Source: an uncultured Candidatus Bathyarchaeia archaeon
GTDB taxonomy: Archaea; Thermoproteota; Bathyarchaeia; Hecatellales; Hecatellaceae
Assembly: GCA_964569845.1 (NCBI GenBank)
Contig: CAZMUQ010000001.1
Location: 3,994 to 67,993 of the forward strand
DNA length: 64,000 nucleotides
Direction: 5' to 3'
Part shown: positions 46,321 to 56,228 of the stretch, piece after piece
Layout: each line of letters starts with the position of its first letter
Numbering within the stretch: position 1 is the stretch's first letter
The notes under the pieces: generated by a model
Told to the model about the DNA's origin: nothing
Databases searched by the model: none
What the model saw: only the letters and a program-made list of their open reading frames with translations
Translations under genes and position numbers: made by a program

Positions 46321-47040
46321 CTACTTTTTCCACCGTTTTTCAATATCCTCCCTTTTAATACCAAATCTTTTTTCTAAAAATTCGTATGTCTTATTCAAGT
46401 TTTGCCTTAAATCTTCAATATTTCTTGGATCTTTATGAAGACATGAATATGGTGGAGAAGTTTGTCCTGGAATTGGTATAGCATAAATGTCCATTAAGCT
46501 ACCTGTTCTATTTTCCCTAAATTTTATTTCTACTTTTTGGCCTATCCAAACTTCTGTTGGAGATGTTTCCAGTTGCATAGGTAATGCTGTATGTGCTCCA
46601 TCAATTTGAACATACGCCAATACGAATGGTAGTTTATCTAAGAATGCATCAGCTGAAAATAGCATAATTGAGAATGTATGAACCTTACCAGTTAAAGGTA
46701 ACTCAACCCATTCTGTTTCAGCAACTTTGCAAGAAGGATTCCAGCAATGAGCTCTAGGAGGACAGTAAACAGTTTCACATCTTGGACATTTTGTTCCATA
46801 AAGTTTGCCGTCAATAAGTCCCCTAAAAAACTTTGAAACAAGCCCATAACTATGACGATAAAGGACACCATGTGGTCTATAAACAACCATAAACTCCTTT
46901 TCTACTGAATCTTCTATTCTTCCTGAGCCGCTTAAAGCTTTTAATATTTCATAACCTTTAACAGTCCAATTACCTTTCCTAGCATATTCTTCCCACTTTC
47001 CCCTAATTTTTGATGCTTTATCTTCAATTATTTTTTCCAT
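46321..47040 (-). CDS. DUF35-family OB-fold/zinc-ribbon protein (thiolase scaffold partner), unusually long
   Basis: It has a zinc ribbon CPRCETVYCPP…C followed by an OB-fold region. At 239 aa it is far longer than the usual ~130 aa. It lies 6 nt downstream of the thiolase-like gene. Confidence 0.7.
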   Translation of the reverse strand: MEKIIEDKASKIRGKWEEYARKGNWTVKGYEILKALSGSGRIEDSVEKEFMVVYRPHGVLYRHSYGLVSKFFRGLIDGKLYGTKCPRCETVYCPPRAHCWNPSCKVAETEWVELPLTGKVHTFSIMLFSADAFLDKLPFVLAYVQIDGAHTALPMQLETSPTEVWIGQKVEIKFRENRTGSLMDIYAIPIPGQTSPPYSCLHKDPRNIEDLRQNLNKTYEFLEKRFGIKREDIEKRWKK

Positions 47041-47046
47041 TTTAAT

Positions 47047-48327
47047 TCACCTCGAAAAAATTATTACACCACCTTGGCATCCTGTGCCGCCATGTCCTGT
47101 TATAAGTGCTTTTTCTGCATTAGAAACTTGGAGGGTTTTGTTACCAAATTTTTTAGGTATTGCACCTGTTAACTCCCAGTAAAGGAATAGAGTTTGTAGT
47201 AGTGATGTAGCTCCCACAGGATGAGCAAATGCTAACAATCCTCCACTAAGCTGGCAGGGAAGCTCACCGTCCCTTTCAACAATCCCCTCTCTAATAATAG
47301 TTTTTCCTTCTCCTCTAGGGCAAAACATTAAATCCTCATATAGACAAAGCTCTACACCAGTATATGGAGCAAAAAGCTCTGCAAGGTCTAACTCCTTAAC
47401 AGGGTCATTAATATTTGCTTGAACGTATGCTTTCTTTGCGGCTTCTCTTGCAAAACCAAAATTAGCCATCTCAGGGTAAGGGGTAATAGGTTTTTCAAAA
47501 TTTTCCGGGTATATTTTCTCATCAGCCTTATATACTCCATGATAAGGCCAATCTACTAATCTATCTCCTGGTCGCATTGAATCTGTTCCTAAGCCAATCC
47601 CTTTTATCCACATAGGTGTATCTGAGTATTTTTTGGCAACTTTTTCAGATGCCATTAAAAGACAGCAGGCTCCTTCGCTGATAAGTGCACAATCCCATCT
47701 TCTGTAGGGCCATGCAACAATTCTATCCTTAAAATAATCATCTAATGTTACGTAGGATGTACCATGCTCTTTTCTCCACTGAGAGAATGGATTATGTACT
47801 GCGTTATTTCGACATCTAACAGCAATTTTACCGAGATCCTCTATTGTTTCTCCGTATAGTTGCATATGTCTTGTTTCAAGTGCTGCATAATATCCATTGT
47901 AGTATCCTCCAACAGTAAAATCCCAGTCAGTATCAGATGCTGCCGCTATAAACTCATTAGTGGTTGCTGTATCCACTTCAGACATCCATTCCCATCCAAC
48001 AATAAGTATAAGGTCAAAATATCCTGACTTTATCAGAAAGTATGCGTTTATTATAGCATCTAGTGGAGTGCTTCCTCCTGCTTCAACTCTATAACCCCCC
48101 TTTCTATGCTGACCAATGTAATCTTGCACTATCCAAGCCATACATAATTGCTGGTTTAAGTGATCACTAAAATAGCTTGCCTGTACAAATTCTATATCTC
48201 GTGGGTCTAGTTCCGGGGTATCTTCTAGTAGCATACGGTAAGCCATAGCAACTCCTTCTTCAGCATTTTCATATCTAATTCTATCTGGACGGAATAATCC
48301 GCCTCCAACTATAGCTACCCTACTCAT
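47047..48327 (-). CDS. thiolase-like protein (archaeal acetyl-CoA C-acetyltransferase/SCP-x type)
   Basis: 426 aa with a thiolase fold, partnered with the DUF35 gene as in archaeal thiolase/HMG-CoA synthase complexes. The N-terminus reads VAIVGGG. Confidence 0.8.
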   Translation of the reverse strand: MSRVAIVGGGLFRPDRIRYENAEEGVAMAYRMLLEDTPELDPRDIEFVQASYFSDHLNQQLCMAWIVQDYIGQHRKGGYRVEAGGSTPLDAIINAYFLIKSGYFDLILIVGWEWMSEVDTATTNEFIAAASDTDWDFTVGGYYNGYYAALETRHMQLYGETIEDLGKIAVRCRNNAVHNPFSQWRKEHGTSYVTLDDYFKDRIVAWPYRRWDCALISEGACCLLMASEKVAKKYSDTPMWIKGIGLGTDSMRPGDRLVDWPYHGVYKADEKIYPENFEKPITPYPEMANFGFAREAAKKAYVQANINDPVKELDLAELFAPYTGVELCLYEDLMFCPRGEGKTIIREGIVERDGELPCQLSGGLLAFAHPVGATSLLQTLFLYWELTGAIPKKFGNKTLQVSNAEKALITGHGGTGCQGGVIIFSR

Positions 48328-48441
48328 AAAAGTACCTCCAATCTAAGTTTATGAGAAACTTCTCTTATAGACCCACTTTCTTACTGAATAATATAAAAAT
48401 TTTACCAATCTACCTACGAATTTATGAATTTAAAAGATATG

Positions 48442-49497
48442 TTATACTGGATGAATTGGCGGCTGAGCAAGTCCCTCTTTCTCATCAAATCCTAAAAGAA
48501 TGTTCATATTTTGAATAGCTATACCTGCTGCTCCTTTTACCAGGTTATCTATTGCTCCTAAAACTACAAGCCTACTACAATGTTCATCAAGTTCAAATCC
48601 TATATCACAAAAATTTGAACCTAAAACAATTTTGGGGTCTGGAAGCTTATATAACCCTTTTTTATCCTTAACAAACCTAATAAAGGGTTCATCCTTATAA
48701 AATGACCGATAAATCTTCCAAATTTCAGCTGTACTAACTTTTTTGGTTAGGAATGTATGAGATGTTGAAAGAATCCCCCTTACGATATTTACAGCATGAG
48801 CAGACATAGATACCTTAACATTTAAACCTGAAATAGCTTTTAATTCCTGTTCTATTTCAGCTGTATGTCTATGTCCAGTAGGCTTGTAGGGTCTGATAAC
48901 TCCATATCTTTCAGAGTGATGTGTTGACCGTGTAGGTTTTGCTCCAGCACCAGATGATCCTATTTTAACATCAACAACCACTCTATCTTCCTCAACAATT
49001 TTTTCTTTAAAAATGGGTGCTAAGCTAAGTATAGCTACAACAGCCATACATCCTGGACAAGCAACAAGTTTAGCATTTTTAATTTTATCTCTATAAAGTT
49101 CAGGAACCCCATATACTGCTTCTTTTAAAAGTTCCGGATATGGATGCTGCCAACCATACCACTTTTCATATTCGCTTGGATTTTTAAGTCTAAAATCTGC
49201 ACTTAAATCTATAACTTTTAATCCTACTTCTAAAATTTTTGGAACAAGTTTTGAGGATACTCCGTGAGGTGTGGCCATAAATACGAGGTCACATAAACTT
49301 GTTGTTTTTGATAGGTCAGGTTTATCAAATTGAAGTTTTGTTAACCCTCTTAAATTTGGATGAACTCTGAAAACATATTCTCCAGCATATTCTCTAGAGG
49401 TTATATGTGTTATCTCAATTTTTGGATGAAGAAGAAGAAACCTTAAAAGTTCTCCGCCAGTATAACCTGAACCACCAATAACCCCGATTCGAATCAA
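48442..49497 (-). CDS. lysY: N-acetyl-gamma-glutamyl-phosphate/[LysW]-aminoadipyl-phosphate reductase
   Basis: ArgC-family motifs: IGVIGGSGYTGGEL (NADP binding) and the catalytic Cys in LVACPGCMA. Confidence 0.9.
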   Translation of the reverse strand: MIRIGVIGGSGYTGGELLRFLLLHPKIEITHITSREYAGEYVFRVHPNLRGLTKLQFDKPDLSKTTSLCDLVFMATPHGVSSKLVPKILEVGLKVIDLSADFRLKNPSEYEKWYGWQHPYPELLKEAVYGVPELYRDKIKNAKLVACPGCMAVVAILSLAPIFKEKIVEEDRVVVDVKIGSSGAGAKPTRSTHHSERYGVIRPYKPTGHRHTAEIEQELKAISGLNVKVSMSAHAVNIVRGILSTSHTFLTKKVSTAEIWKIYRSFYKDEPFIRFVKDKKGLYKLPDPKIVLGSNFCDIGFELDEHCSRLVVLGAIDNLVKGAAGIAIQNMNILLGFDEKEGLAQPPIHPV

Positions 49498-49528
49498 TTT
49501 CTCATCTCTTAGCTTTCTTTAATACTAA

Positions 49529-50389
49529 CTATTTTTTAGCTTTTCTAATAAGATATCCAACGATATATTTCGGTATGTTTACTCCTGTTGTTTCAACAGT
49601 AGCTTTGAATTCAACTGTATGATTTATTTCATGAACAACAAAACCATTCTCAGTTTCCATCATATCTACTCCTAAAATTCCTCCGCCAACTACTTCGGCT
49701 GCTTTAAGGCTAAGCTCTCTAAGCTCATCAGTTATTTGGCAGTATTCTGCTTTACCTCCTCTTGCAATATTTGTCTTAACATCTGTAAATGAGTATCTGT
49801 AAATTCCAGCTACAACCTCATCACCAATAACAAATGTTCTAATATCTCTTGGAGGTCTCTTTACCATATCTTGGATATAGTAAATTTGGTACAGTGGAAA
49901 CATATATTCTCTTTCTTCAAAAACAGCTAAAGCTGTTTCTTCATCTTTTAAAGGTACAATAAGTCTACCCCAACTCCCGACAATAGGTTTCAGTATTGCT
50001 GGACGATTCAATTTTTTAAATGCTGAAAGTGCCCCCTCAGGTGTAAATGCAACATAAGTTTCAGGTGTTGGTATTCCAGCTCTTGACAGTGTTATGCTTG
50101 TTAGGAGCTTATTTCCGCATATACTTGAAACTTTATAGGGGTTTACTACGTAATATCCCTTATTTTCAAGAATTGCTGTAAGATGAAGATTTCTAAAGTA
50201 ACTTACACATCTTTGAAGTAAAACGTCTCCAAGATTTTCTAAATCATCTTTATCTCTATGTGTAATGTTAAAAAAACTTTGTTTTGCGTTTATTAAATTT
50301 ACTTTTATACCTCTAGCTTTTGCTGTTTCTATTATTGCTTTTTCTTCCCACCGAATTTGGTCATAAACAATACCAATGGTTATCCCCAA
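49529..50389 (-). CDS. lysX: RimK-type ATP-grasp ligase (alpha-aminoadipate/glutamate--LysW ligase)
   Basis: 286 aa with an ATP-grasp fold. The TTG start lies immediately after the lysW stop codon. Confidence 0.85.
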   Translation of the reverse strand: MGITIGIVYDQIRWEEKAIIETAKARGIKVNLINAKQSFFNITHRDKDDLENLGDVLLQRCVSYFRNLHLTAILENKGYYVVNPYKVSSICGNKLLTSITLSRAGIPTPETYVAFTPEGALSAFKKLNRPAILKPIVGSWGRLIVPLKDEETALAVFEEREYMFPLYQIYYIQDMVKRPPRDIRTFVIGDEVVAGIYRYSFTDVKTNIARGGKAEYCQITDELRELSLKAAEVVGGGILGVDMMETENGFVVHEINHTVEFKATVETTGVNIPKYIVGYLIRKAKK

Positions 50390-50563
50390 TTACTCTCCCC
50401 AGTCTTCACCTGAAACTTGGGAAGGTTTAACTTCTACACTGCCCTCTCCTATGCTTGTTACCTCCAATTCTAACCCACATTCAGGACAAGTTAGAATTTC
50501 ACCTATAACTACGTCCTGTGGCGATTCAAACTCTGCGCCACATTCTGGGCATGAAACTTTCAT
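50390..50563 (-). CDS. lysW: amino-group carrier protein LysW (57 aa; absent from the ORF track)
   Basis: Translating the minus strand gives MKVSCPECGAEFESPQDVVIGEILTCPECGLELEVTSIGEGSVEVKPSQVSGEDWGE*. It has a zinc ribbon CPECG…CPECG and the diagnostic C-terminal EDWGE tail. Its stop abuts the lysX start. Confidence 0.85.
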   Translation of the reverse strand: MKVSCPECGAEFESPQDVVIGEILTCPECGLELEVTSIGEGSVEVKPSQVSGEDWGE

Positions 50564-50738
50564 CCTTTATCACATTAATAATTGTTATGTTGACGTTAAA
50601 GCTATATCAAAACATATCTTATAAGTTTTATCATTTTTCAGCTTACTGTTAACAGCAACTACTGAATTACTTATCAGTAAACTTATCTTAAATGTTAACT
50701 TTAAGTTTTATAGCAGTAAAACTGGTGAAAAATGAAAA

Positions 50739-51470
50739 TTGTACATTATACCTTCAGTTGACATTATGAATGGTAGATGCGTAAAGCTTGTTCAAGGTAA
50801 GCCAGGATCTGGAATAAAAATTTCAAATAACCCTATAGCTGTTGCTAAATTTTGGGAAAAAAATGGTGCAAAAATTCTTCATGTCATAGATCTTGATGCT
50901 GCAATCTATGGTTCTGAAAAAAATAATAGAAGTGTTATTATGGAGATATTAAAGAATGTAAGTATTCCAGTACAAGTTGGTGGAGGAATAAGGTCTATTA
51001 CAGATGTTGCCTTATTTTTAAATGCTGGTGCTAAATGGGTTATTCTTGGCACAGCTGCGGTGGAAAATTTAAATTTTGTTAAAGAGGTTGTAGAGATGGT
51101 AAATCCTAAACGTATTATAATTGCCTTAGACACCAGAGAAGGTTATCTTGTTAAAGAGGGATGGAAAACAAAGGTTAAAGTAACCCCCTATCAGCTTGCT
51201 AAAATGTTTGAATCTTTAGATGTTGCTGCATATCTTTTTACGGATGTTGATATTGAAGGAACTATGAAGGGGGTTAATGTTGAAAATGTTAAAAAGCTTG
51301 TGGAATCAACAAAAATTCCTATCATTTACGCTGGAGGAATCTCATCCCTTCAAGATATTGTAAAGCTTTTAAAGATAGGTGTAGCAGGAGTAGTTGTTGG
51401 AAGAGCTCTTTATGAGGGAGTTTTTAGTTTAAAGGAAGCTATGGAGTTGGTTAAAAATGCGGGAAGCTGA
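50739..51470 (+). CDS. hisA: ProFAR isomerase
   Basis: The N-terminus reads IIPSVDIMNGRCVKLVQG. It has a (beta/alpha)8 barrel and the C-terminal VVGRALYEG phosphate-binding motif. Confidence 0.9.
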   Translation: MYIIPSVDIMNGRCVKLVQGKPGSGIKISNNPIAVAKFWEKNGAKILHVIDLDAAIYGSEKNNRSVIMEILKNVSIPVQVGGGIRSITDVALFLNAGAKWVILGTAAVENLNFVKEVVEMVNPKRIIIALDTREGYLVKEGWKTKVKVTPYQLAKMFESLDVAAYLFTDVDIEGTMKGVNVENVKKLVESTKIPIIYAGGISSLQDIVKLLKIGVAGVVVGRALYEGVFSLKEAMELVKNAGS

Positions 51471-52044
51471 AGTTAAACGCTTAACAAAAGAAACTAATAT
51501 AACCGTAAAATTAAATCTTGATGAAAGTGGAGAAATAAAAATTAAAACTGGAATCACATTTTTAAATCATTTGCTTACTTCCTTTGCCTTTCATGGTATG
51601 TTAAATCTGGAGGTTTATGCTGAAACAATTGAAAAATCTAAAGATCATCATCTTATTGAAGATGTAGCCTTAACATTAGGTCAAGCCTTAAGTAAAGCTT
51701 TAGGTGAAAAAGTAGGAATAAGCAGATTTGGGCATGCTATTGTTCCTATGGATGAAGTTTTAGTTTTAGTAAGTCTTGATTTGTCTGGAAGACCTTACTT
51801 TAAATCTAACCTTAAATTTAAATCTGAGAATATTGAAGACTTTCCATCCTCCATGGTAAATCACTTTTTAAGGTCTCTTAGCTATGAAGGAAAATTTAAC
51901 TTACATGTTATGGTGTTACGTGGAGGAGATGACCACCACAAGGCTGAAGCTGTTTTTAAGGCTTTAGGTTTATCCTTAAAAAAGGCTGTAAAAATTGAAA
52001 AAAATCGTAAAAGTGATATTCCAAGTACAAAGGGTATATGCTAA
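51457..52044 (+). CDS. hisB: imidazoleglycerol-phosphate dehydratase
   Basis: It has the RLTKETNI start and the metal-binding His motifs DHHLIEDVALTLG and GDDHHKAEA. Confidence 0.9.
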   Translation: MREAEVKRLTKETNITVKLNLDESGEIKIKTGITFLNHLLTSFAFHGMLNLEVYAETIEKSKDHHLIEDVALTLGQALSKALGEKVGISRFGHAIVPMDEVLVLVSLDLSGRPYFKSNLKFKSENIEDFPSSMVNHFLRSLSYEGKFNLHVMVLRGGDDHHKAEAVFKALGLSLKKAVKIEKNRKSDIPSTKGIC

Positions 52045-52070
52045 AAACTCTTGTTTAGTAGGGATTTACC

Positions 52071-53369
52071 ATGGTGCTTAAAATTTTAAGACTCGATAGG
52101 CTTGAAAAGGAAGAATTTTTAAAAATTATTAATAGATGGAAAATTAACTTAGAAGCTTACAGAGAAATCGTACTAAAAGTTTTAAATGATGTAAGAAAAA
52201 ATGGTGATAGAGCTCTTATAAAATACACTAAAATTTATGATGGTGTTAAACTTTCAAGGGAGAAATTAAAAGTTTCGGAAGAGGAGTTTCTCAGGGCGTA
52301 CCGTGAAACACCTAAAAATTTGATTAAGGTTTTTAGGGATACAGCTAAAAGAATTAGAAGTGTACATTTTAAACAGCTTCCAAGGGATAAGGTGATTAAA
52401 AAGTCTAATAATTTGCTTATTAAGCAAATTTTCAAGCCAATAGATAGTGTTGGTATTTACATTCCTGCTGGCAGGAAAGTTTATCCTTCAACTGCTTTAA
52501 TGCTTACCATTCCAGCTAAAGTAGCAGGAGTTAAAAAAGTTGTTGCATGCACACCTCCAAGAAAAAATGGGAAAATAGATCCTGCAATACTTGTTGCTCT
52601 TGACATGGGTGGTGCTGATGAAGTCTACAGGGTAGGTGGTATTCAAGCAATAGGAGCATTAGCATATGGTACAGAAACAATACCAAAAGTTAACAAAATA
52701 GTTGGTCCTGGAAATGTTTACGTTACGGTAGCTAAAATGATGGTTTACGGGGAAGTTGGCATAGATTTTCCCGCCGGACCAACAGAAATAATGATTTTTG
52801 CTGATGAAACAGCAAACCCTCTTTATACTGCTATGGATTTGGCATCTCAAGCTGAACATGACCCAAACTCAACATCTATACTTATCTCTACATCTGAAGA
52901 TTTTGCAAACAAAGTTAAAAGAGAAATTGTAAATACTCTACCAAAAATTGTTAAAAAAAGTGTTCTTGAAACTTTAAAAAGAAATGGTCAGATTCTTGTT
53001 GCAAGGGATGTTGATGAAGCTGTAAGATTTATTAATTTGTTTGCTCCTGAACATTTGGAGATTATTGCTAAAAATCCTGAAAAAATTGTGTCAATGGTTA
53101 AGAATGCAGGTTTAATTTCGGTTGGAAGTTTTACTCCTGTTTCTGTTGTAGATTATGCTATTGGTGTTAACCATGTTCTTCCAACAGGAGGTGCTGCATC
53201 CTTCCATTCAGGATTAACAGTGTATGATTTTCTAAAACCTATAACAATTCTCCAACTTTCACAAAAAGGATTAAAAAGATTTAAGCAGGTTGTAAGCCTT
53301 TTTTCAGAAATTGAAGGTTTAGAGTTACATGCAAAATCTGTAGAGGTTAGATTTACAGGGAAGTGGTAG
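52071..53369 (+). CDS. hisD: histidinol dehydrogenase
   Basis: 432 aa. Motifs are GIYIPAG, AGPTEIMIFAD and the HisD C-terminal domain. Confidence 0.9.
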   Translation: MVLKILRLDRLEKEEFLKIINRWKINLEAYREIVLKVLNDVRKNGDRALIKYTKIYDGVKLSREKLKVSEEEFLRAYRETPKNLIKVFRDTAKRIRSVHFKQLPRDKVIKKSNNLLIKQIFKPIDSVGIYIPAGRKVYPSTALMLTIPAKVAGVKKVVACTPPRKNGKIDPAILVALDMGGADEVYRVGGIQAIGALAYGTETIPKVNKIVGPGNVYVTVAKMMVYGEVGIDFPAGPTEIMIFADETANPLYTAMDLASQAEHDPNSTSILISTSEDFANKVKREIVNTLPKIVKKSVLETLKRNGQILVARDVDEAVRFINLFAPEHLEIIAKNPEKIVSMVKNAGLISVGSFTPVSVVDYAIGVNHVLPTGGAASFHSGLTVYDFLKPITILQLSQKGLKRFKQVVSLFSEIEGLELHAKSVEVRFTGKW

Positions 53370-53373
53370 CTTC

Positions 53374-53658
53374 TTGAGCTTAGACATATTAAAAGAGGTT
53401 TTTGATGTTGTTATGGATAGGATAGAAAATCCTAAACTAAATTCTTATGTTTCAAAATTAACTAAGGCTGGATTAGAAAAAGTCTTATCTAAAGTTAAGG
53501 AGGAATCTGAAGAACTTATAGAAGCATCTAAAATAGGTAGCAAGGTAGAGATTATTCATGAAGCTGTTGACCTTATATTTCATACACTTATTTTATTAGC
53601 ATTAAAAAATATAACTCTTGAAGAAATACTTGAAGAATTTAAGAGAAGGAGAAGGTAA
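53374..53658 (+). CDS. hisE: phosphoribosyl-ATP pyrophosphatase
   Basis: It has the MazG-like helical fold. The EESEELIEA…IIHEAVDLIFHTLILLA…LEEILEEFKRR pattern is typical of HisE. Confidence 0.8.
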   Translation: MSLDILKEVFDVVMDRIENPKLNSYVSKLTKAGLEKVLSKVKEESEELIEASKIGSKVEIIHEAVDLIFHTLILLALKNITLEEILEEFKRRRR

Positions 53659-53661
53659 AAC

Positions 53662-54027
53662 TTGGCTTATATCCTTAGTGTAGAAGATGCAAAAAAGATT
53701 GCTGAAAAATTAAATTATAGGCATAATGGGTTAGTTACTGTTATAGCCCAAGATTTTGAAACAAACGAAGTACTTATGGTTGCACATGCAAATCGTGAGG
53801 CTGTAGAAAAAACTTTAACTACTGGTAAAGTTCATTATTGGAGTATTTCAAGAGGAAAACTCTGGCTTAAAGGTGAAACATCCGGAAATTATCAAATACT
53901 TAAGGAAATATATTTTGATTGCGACTTAGATGCAATTTTAGTTAAGGTTCAGCAGATAGGTGCAGCATGCCACTTAGGCTATAAAAGCTGCTTTTTCCAG
54001 AAGCCTGAAAACCTTAAAAATGGATAA
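53662..54027 (+). CDS. hisI: phosphoribosyl-AMP cyclohydrolase
   Basis: It has the metal-binding motifs [16 protein letters not shown] and [10 protein letters not shown]…C. It is 121 aa long. Confidence 0.85.
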   Translation: MAYILSVEDAKKIAEKLNYRHNGLVTVIAQDFETNEVLMVAHANREAVEKTLTTGKVHYWSISRGKLWLKGETSGNYQILKEIYFDCDLDAILVKVQQIGAACHLGYKSCFFQKPENLKNG

Positions 54028-54076
54028 ATTTAAACATGTAACTTTTTTATTAGAATTTTGGAAGTGACATTTTAAC

Positions 54077-54769
54077 TTGGAGAAGAAATTTTCTAAAAAC
54101 AAAATTAGGAGGATAGATTTACATACTCATTCTTTGCTTAGTGACGGGGAACTTTTACCAAGTGAAATTGTAAGATATGCTGAATTCCTTAATTATGAGG
54201 CTATAGCTGTAACTGACCATGTTGATGCATCAAATATTGATTCAGTTTTATCAAAGCTTACTAAAGCCTCAGATGAGCTTAAAAAATTTAGTATAAAAAC
54301 GAGTTTTCTTGTTGGTGTTGAGCTTACACACATTCCTCCTAAAAGCATACCATCAATGGCTTTAAAGGCAAGAAAACTTGGAGCTGAACTTGTAATTGTT
54401 CATGGTGAAACAGTAGTAGAGCCAGTTAAAGCTGGAACAAACCATGAGGCTGTAAAATGTGGAGATGTTGACATATTAGCTCATCCAGGATTAATCAGTT
54501 TTGAGGATTGTGAATTAGCAAGGGAGAATAACGTATACTTAGAGCTAACTCTACGTAAAGGACACTGCTTAACAAATGGTTACCTTGTAAAAATGGCTTT
54601 AAAAGCAGGAGCCAAACTTTTGTTAAACACAGATTTGCATAGTCCTGAAGATTTTATTAGTCAGGAGGAGGCGTTTAAAGCTGCTATTGGTGCAGGCTTA
54701 AGTGAAGAGGAAGCTTTAAAGGTTTTAAGAGAAAACCCAAGAGAGCTCATTAAAAAATGTAAAACTTAA
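54077..54769 (+). CDS. PHP-domain phosphoesterase, probable histidinol-phosphatase
   Basis: The N-terminal RIDLHTHSLLSDG segment matches PHP motif I. Further His/Asp motifs are present (VTDHVD, VHGE, AHPG). It lies directly downstream of hisI. Confidence 0.6.
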   Translation: MEKKFSKNKIRRIDLHTHSLLSDGELLPSEIVRYAEFLNYEAIAVTDHVDASNIDSVLSKLTKASDELKKFSIKTSFLVGVELTHIPPKSIPSMALKARKLGAELVIVHGETVVEPVKAGTNHEAVKCGDVDILAHPGLISFEDCELARENNVYLELTLRKGHCLTNGYLVKMALKAGAKLLLNTDLHSPEDFISQEEAFKAAIGAGLSEEEALKVLRENPRELIKKCKT

Positions 54770-54776
54770 AGGTTAT

Positions 54777-56189
54777 TTACACTTCATCTAATTCGTCAAG
54801 CTTAAATTCTTTATGTAATGCTCTTACAGCTTTTTCTCCATCTTCTTCCTTAACAACAAAGGATATACTTAATTCTGATGAGCCTTGTGCAATCATTCTA
54901 ACGTTAATTTTTTCACGTGCAACAGCTCCAAAAACTCTTGCAGCAACACCTGGTGTTCCAACCATTCCTGCTCCAACTAGGGTAATTACACAAATACCAT
55001 CTTCAGATTTAACTTCCCTGACAATACCTCCTCCAAGTAAACGAATTTCAAGTGTACTTAATGCGTCTTCAAGTTTTTCTCGGGGAATAATAAATGAAAT
55101 ATTAGCTTCAGAAGAGCTTTGAGAAATCATTAAGATGTTAATATTTTTATCACCTAAAACCCTAAAAACTCTTGCTGCAGTACCTGGAACTCCAAACATT
55201 GATGCTCCACTTACAGTAATTAATGCGGCTTTACGTATGAGTGAAATAGATTTAACAATGGATTTTGATGATATTTTCTGTTCTTTAACTATCAATGTTC
55301 CAGGATTTTGAGGATTAAAAGTATTTCTAACTCTTATAGGTATATCCTTCCCATTGATAATTTCAACAGCTTTAGGATGGATCATCTTAGCTCCAAAATA
55401 AGCCATCTCCATAGCCTCATTATAGGAGAGTTGAGGAATAAGTTTAGCTTTAGGTTCAACTTTTGGATCTGCAGTCATAACTCCATCAACATCAGTCCAA
55501 ATCCAGACTTCATCAGCATCTAAAGCATAACCCAAAATTGTAGCTGTACAATCTGAACCCCCTCTACCAAGAGTTGTAATTGCACCATTTTGATCTACAG
55601 CAATAAACCCTGTAACAACAGGAATAATATTTTTTTCTATGAGATTTTGAAGTTTATTCTTAACCTGAAAAGTTGTTAATTCCATGAGCGGATTCGCATT
55701 CCCAAAATTTGAATCTGTAACAATCCCTGCATTTCCCCCAGTGAACCACTCAGCTTGAATATCTTTACTTTTTAATGCACCCCAAACTATTGGAGTTGAT
55801 AATCTTTCTCCAAAAGAAACTACATAATCCAGTATTCTTGGTGTAACTTCTCGGAGATAGGAAATTCCAAATAAAACATTTTTAAGCTCATTGATAGTTT
55901 CATTAATAGTTAGTTTTACATTTTCTAAAACATGGAAGTTGGAGATTGCTTTATGTGCTGCTTCAACGTGTTTCTCCCTGAGCTCCTTAATGAAGTCTTC
56001 AATAAATTCTCTTTCACCTTTACTTGCAGTTTTACAGATTTCAAAAAGTTTATCGGTTACACCAGCTAAAGCTGAAACTACAACAACAAGCTTATTTTCT
56101 TTTGCATACTTCTCTATAAGATTAGTAACATGTAAAATTTTTTCCCCATCAGCGACGGATGTTCCTCCAAACTTCATGATAAGCTTCAT
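54777..56189 (-). CDS. lysC: aspartate kinase with C-terminal ACT domains
   Basis: It has the MKLIMKFGGTSVADGEKI N-terminus and two ACT-like repeats at the C-terminus. The track ORF extends to 56216 (MSLIISWVK…), but the Met giving MKLIMKFGG is the more typical start. Confidence 0.85.
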   Translation of the reverse strand: MKLIMKFGGTSVADGEKILHVTNLIEKYAKENKLVVVVSALAGVTDKLFEICKTASKGEREFIEDFIKELREKHVEAAHKAISNFHVLENVKLTINETINELKNVLFGISYLREVTPRILDYVVSFGERLSTPIVWGALKSKDIQAEWFTGGNAGIVTDSNFGNANPLMELTTFQVKNKLQNLIEKNIIPVVTGFIAVDQNGAITTLGRGGSDCTATILGYALDADEVWIWTDVDGVMTADPKVEPKAKLIPQLSYNEAMEMAYFGAKMIHPKAVEIINGKDIPIRVRNTFNPQNPGTLIVKEQKISSKSIVKSISLIRKAALITVSGASMFGVPGTAARVFRVLGDKNINILMISQSSSEANISFIIPREKLEDALSTLEIRLLGGGIVREVKSEDGICVITLVGAGMVGTPGVAARVFGAVAREKINVRMIAQGSSELSISFVVKEEDGEKAVRALHKEFKLDELDEV

Positions 56190-56228
56190 TTTTACCCAAG
56201 AAATAATTAAAGACACAAATTTATACTT

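Noticed and set aside
48328-48441. C/D-box-like words (AUGAGAA … CUGA) upstream of lysY
   Set aside because: The C box deviates at two core positions, the spacing is 26 nt, and there is no terminal stem.
50376-50624. 82-aa plus-strand track ORF at the lysX/lysW junction
   Set aside because: It is the antisense frame of the real 57-aa lysW gene (minus strand), whose translation gives a textbook zinc ribbon plus EDWGE tail.
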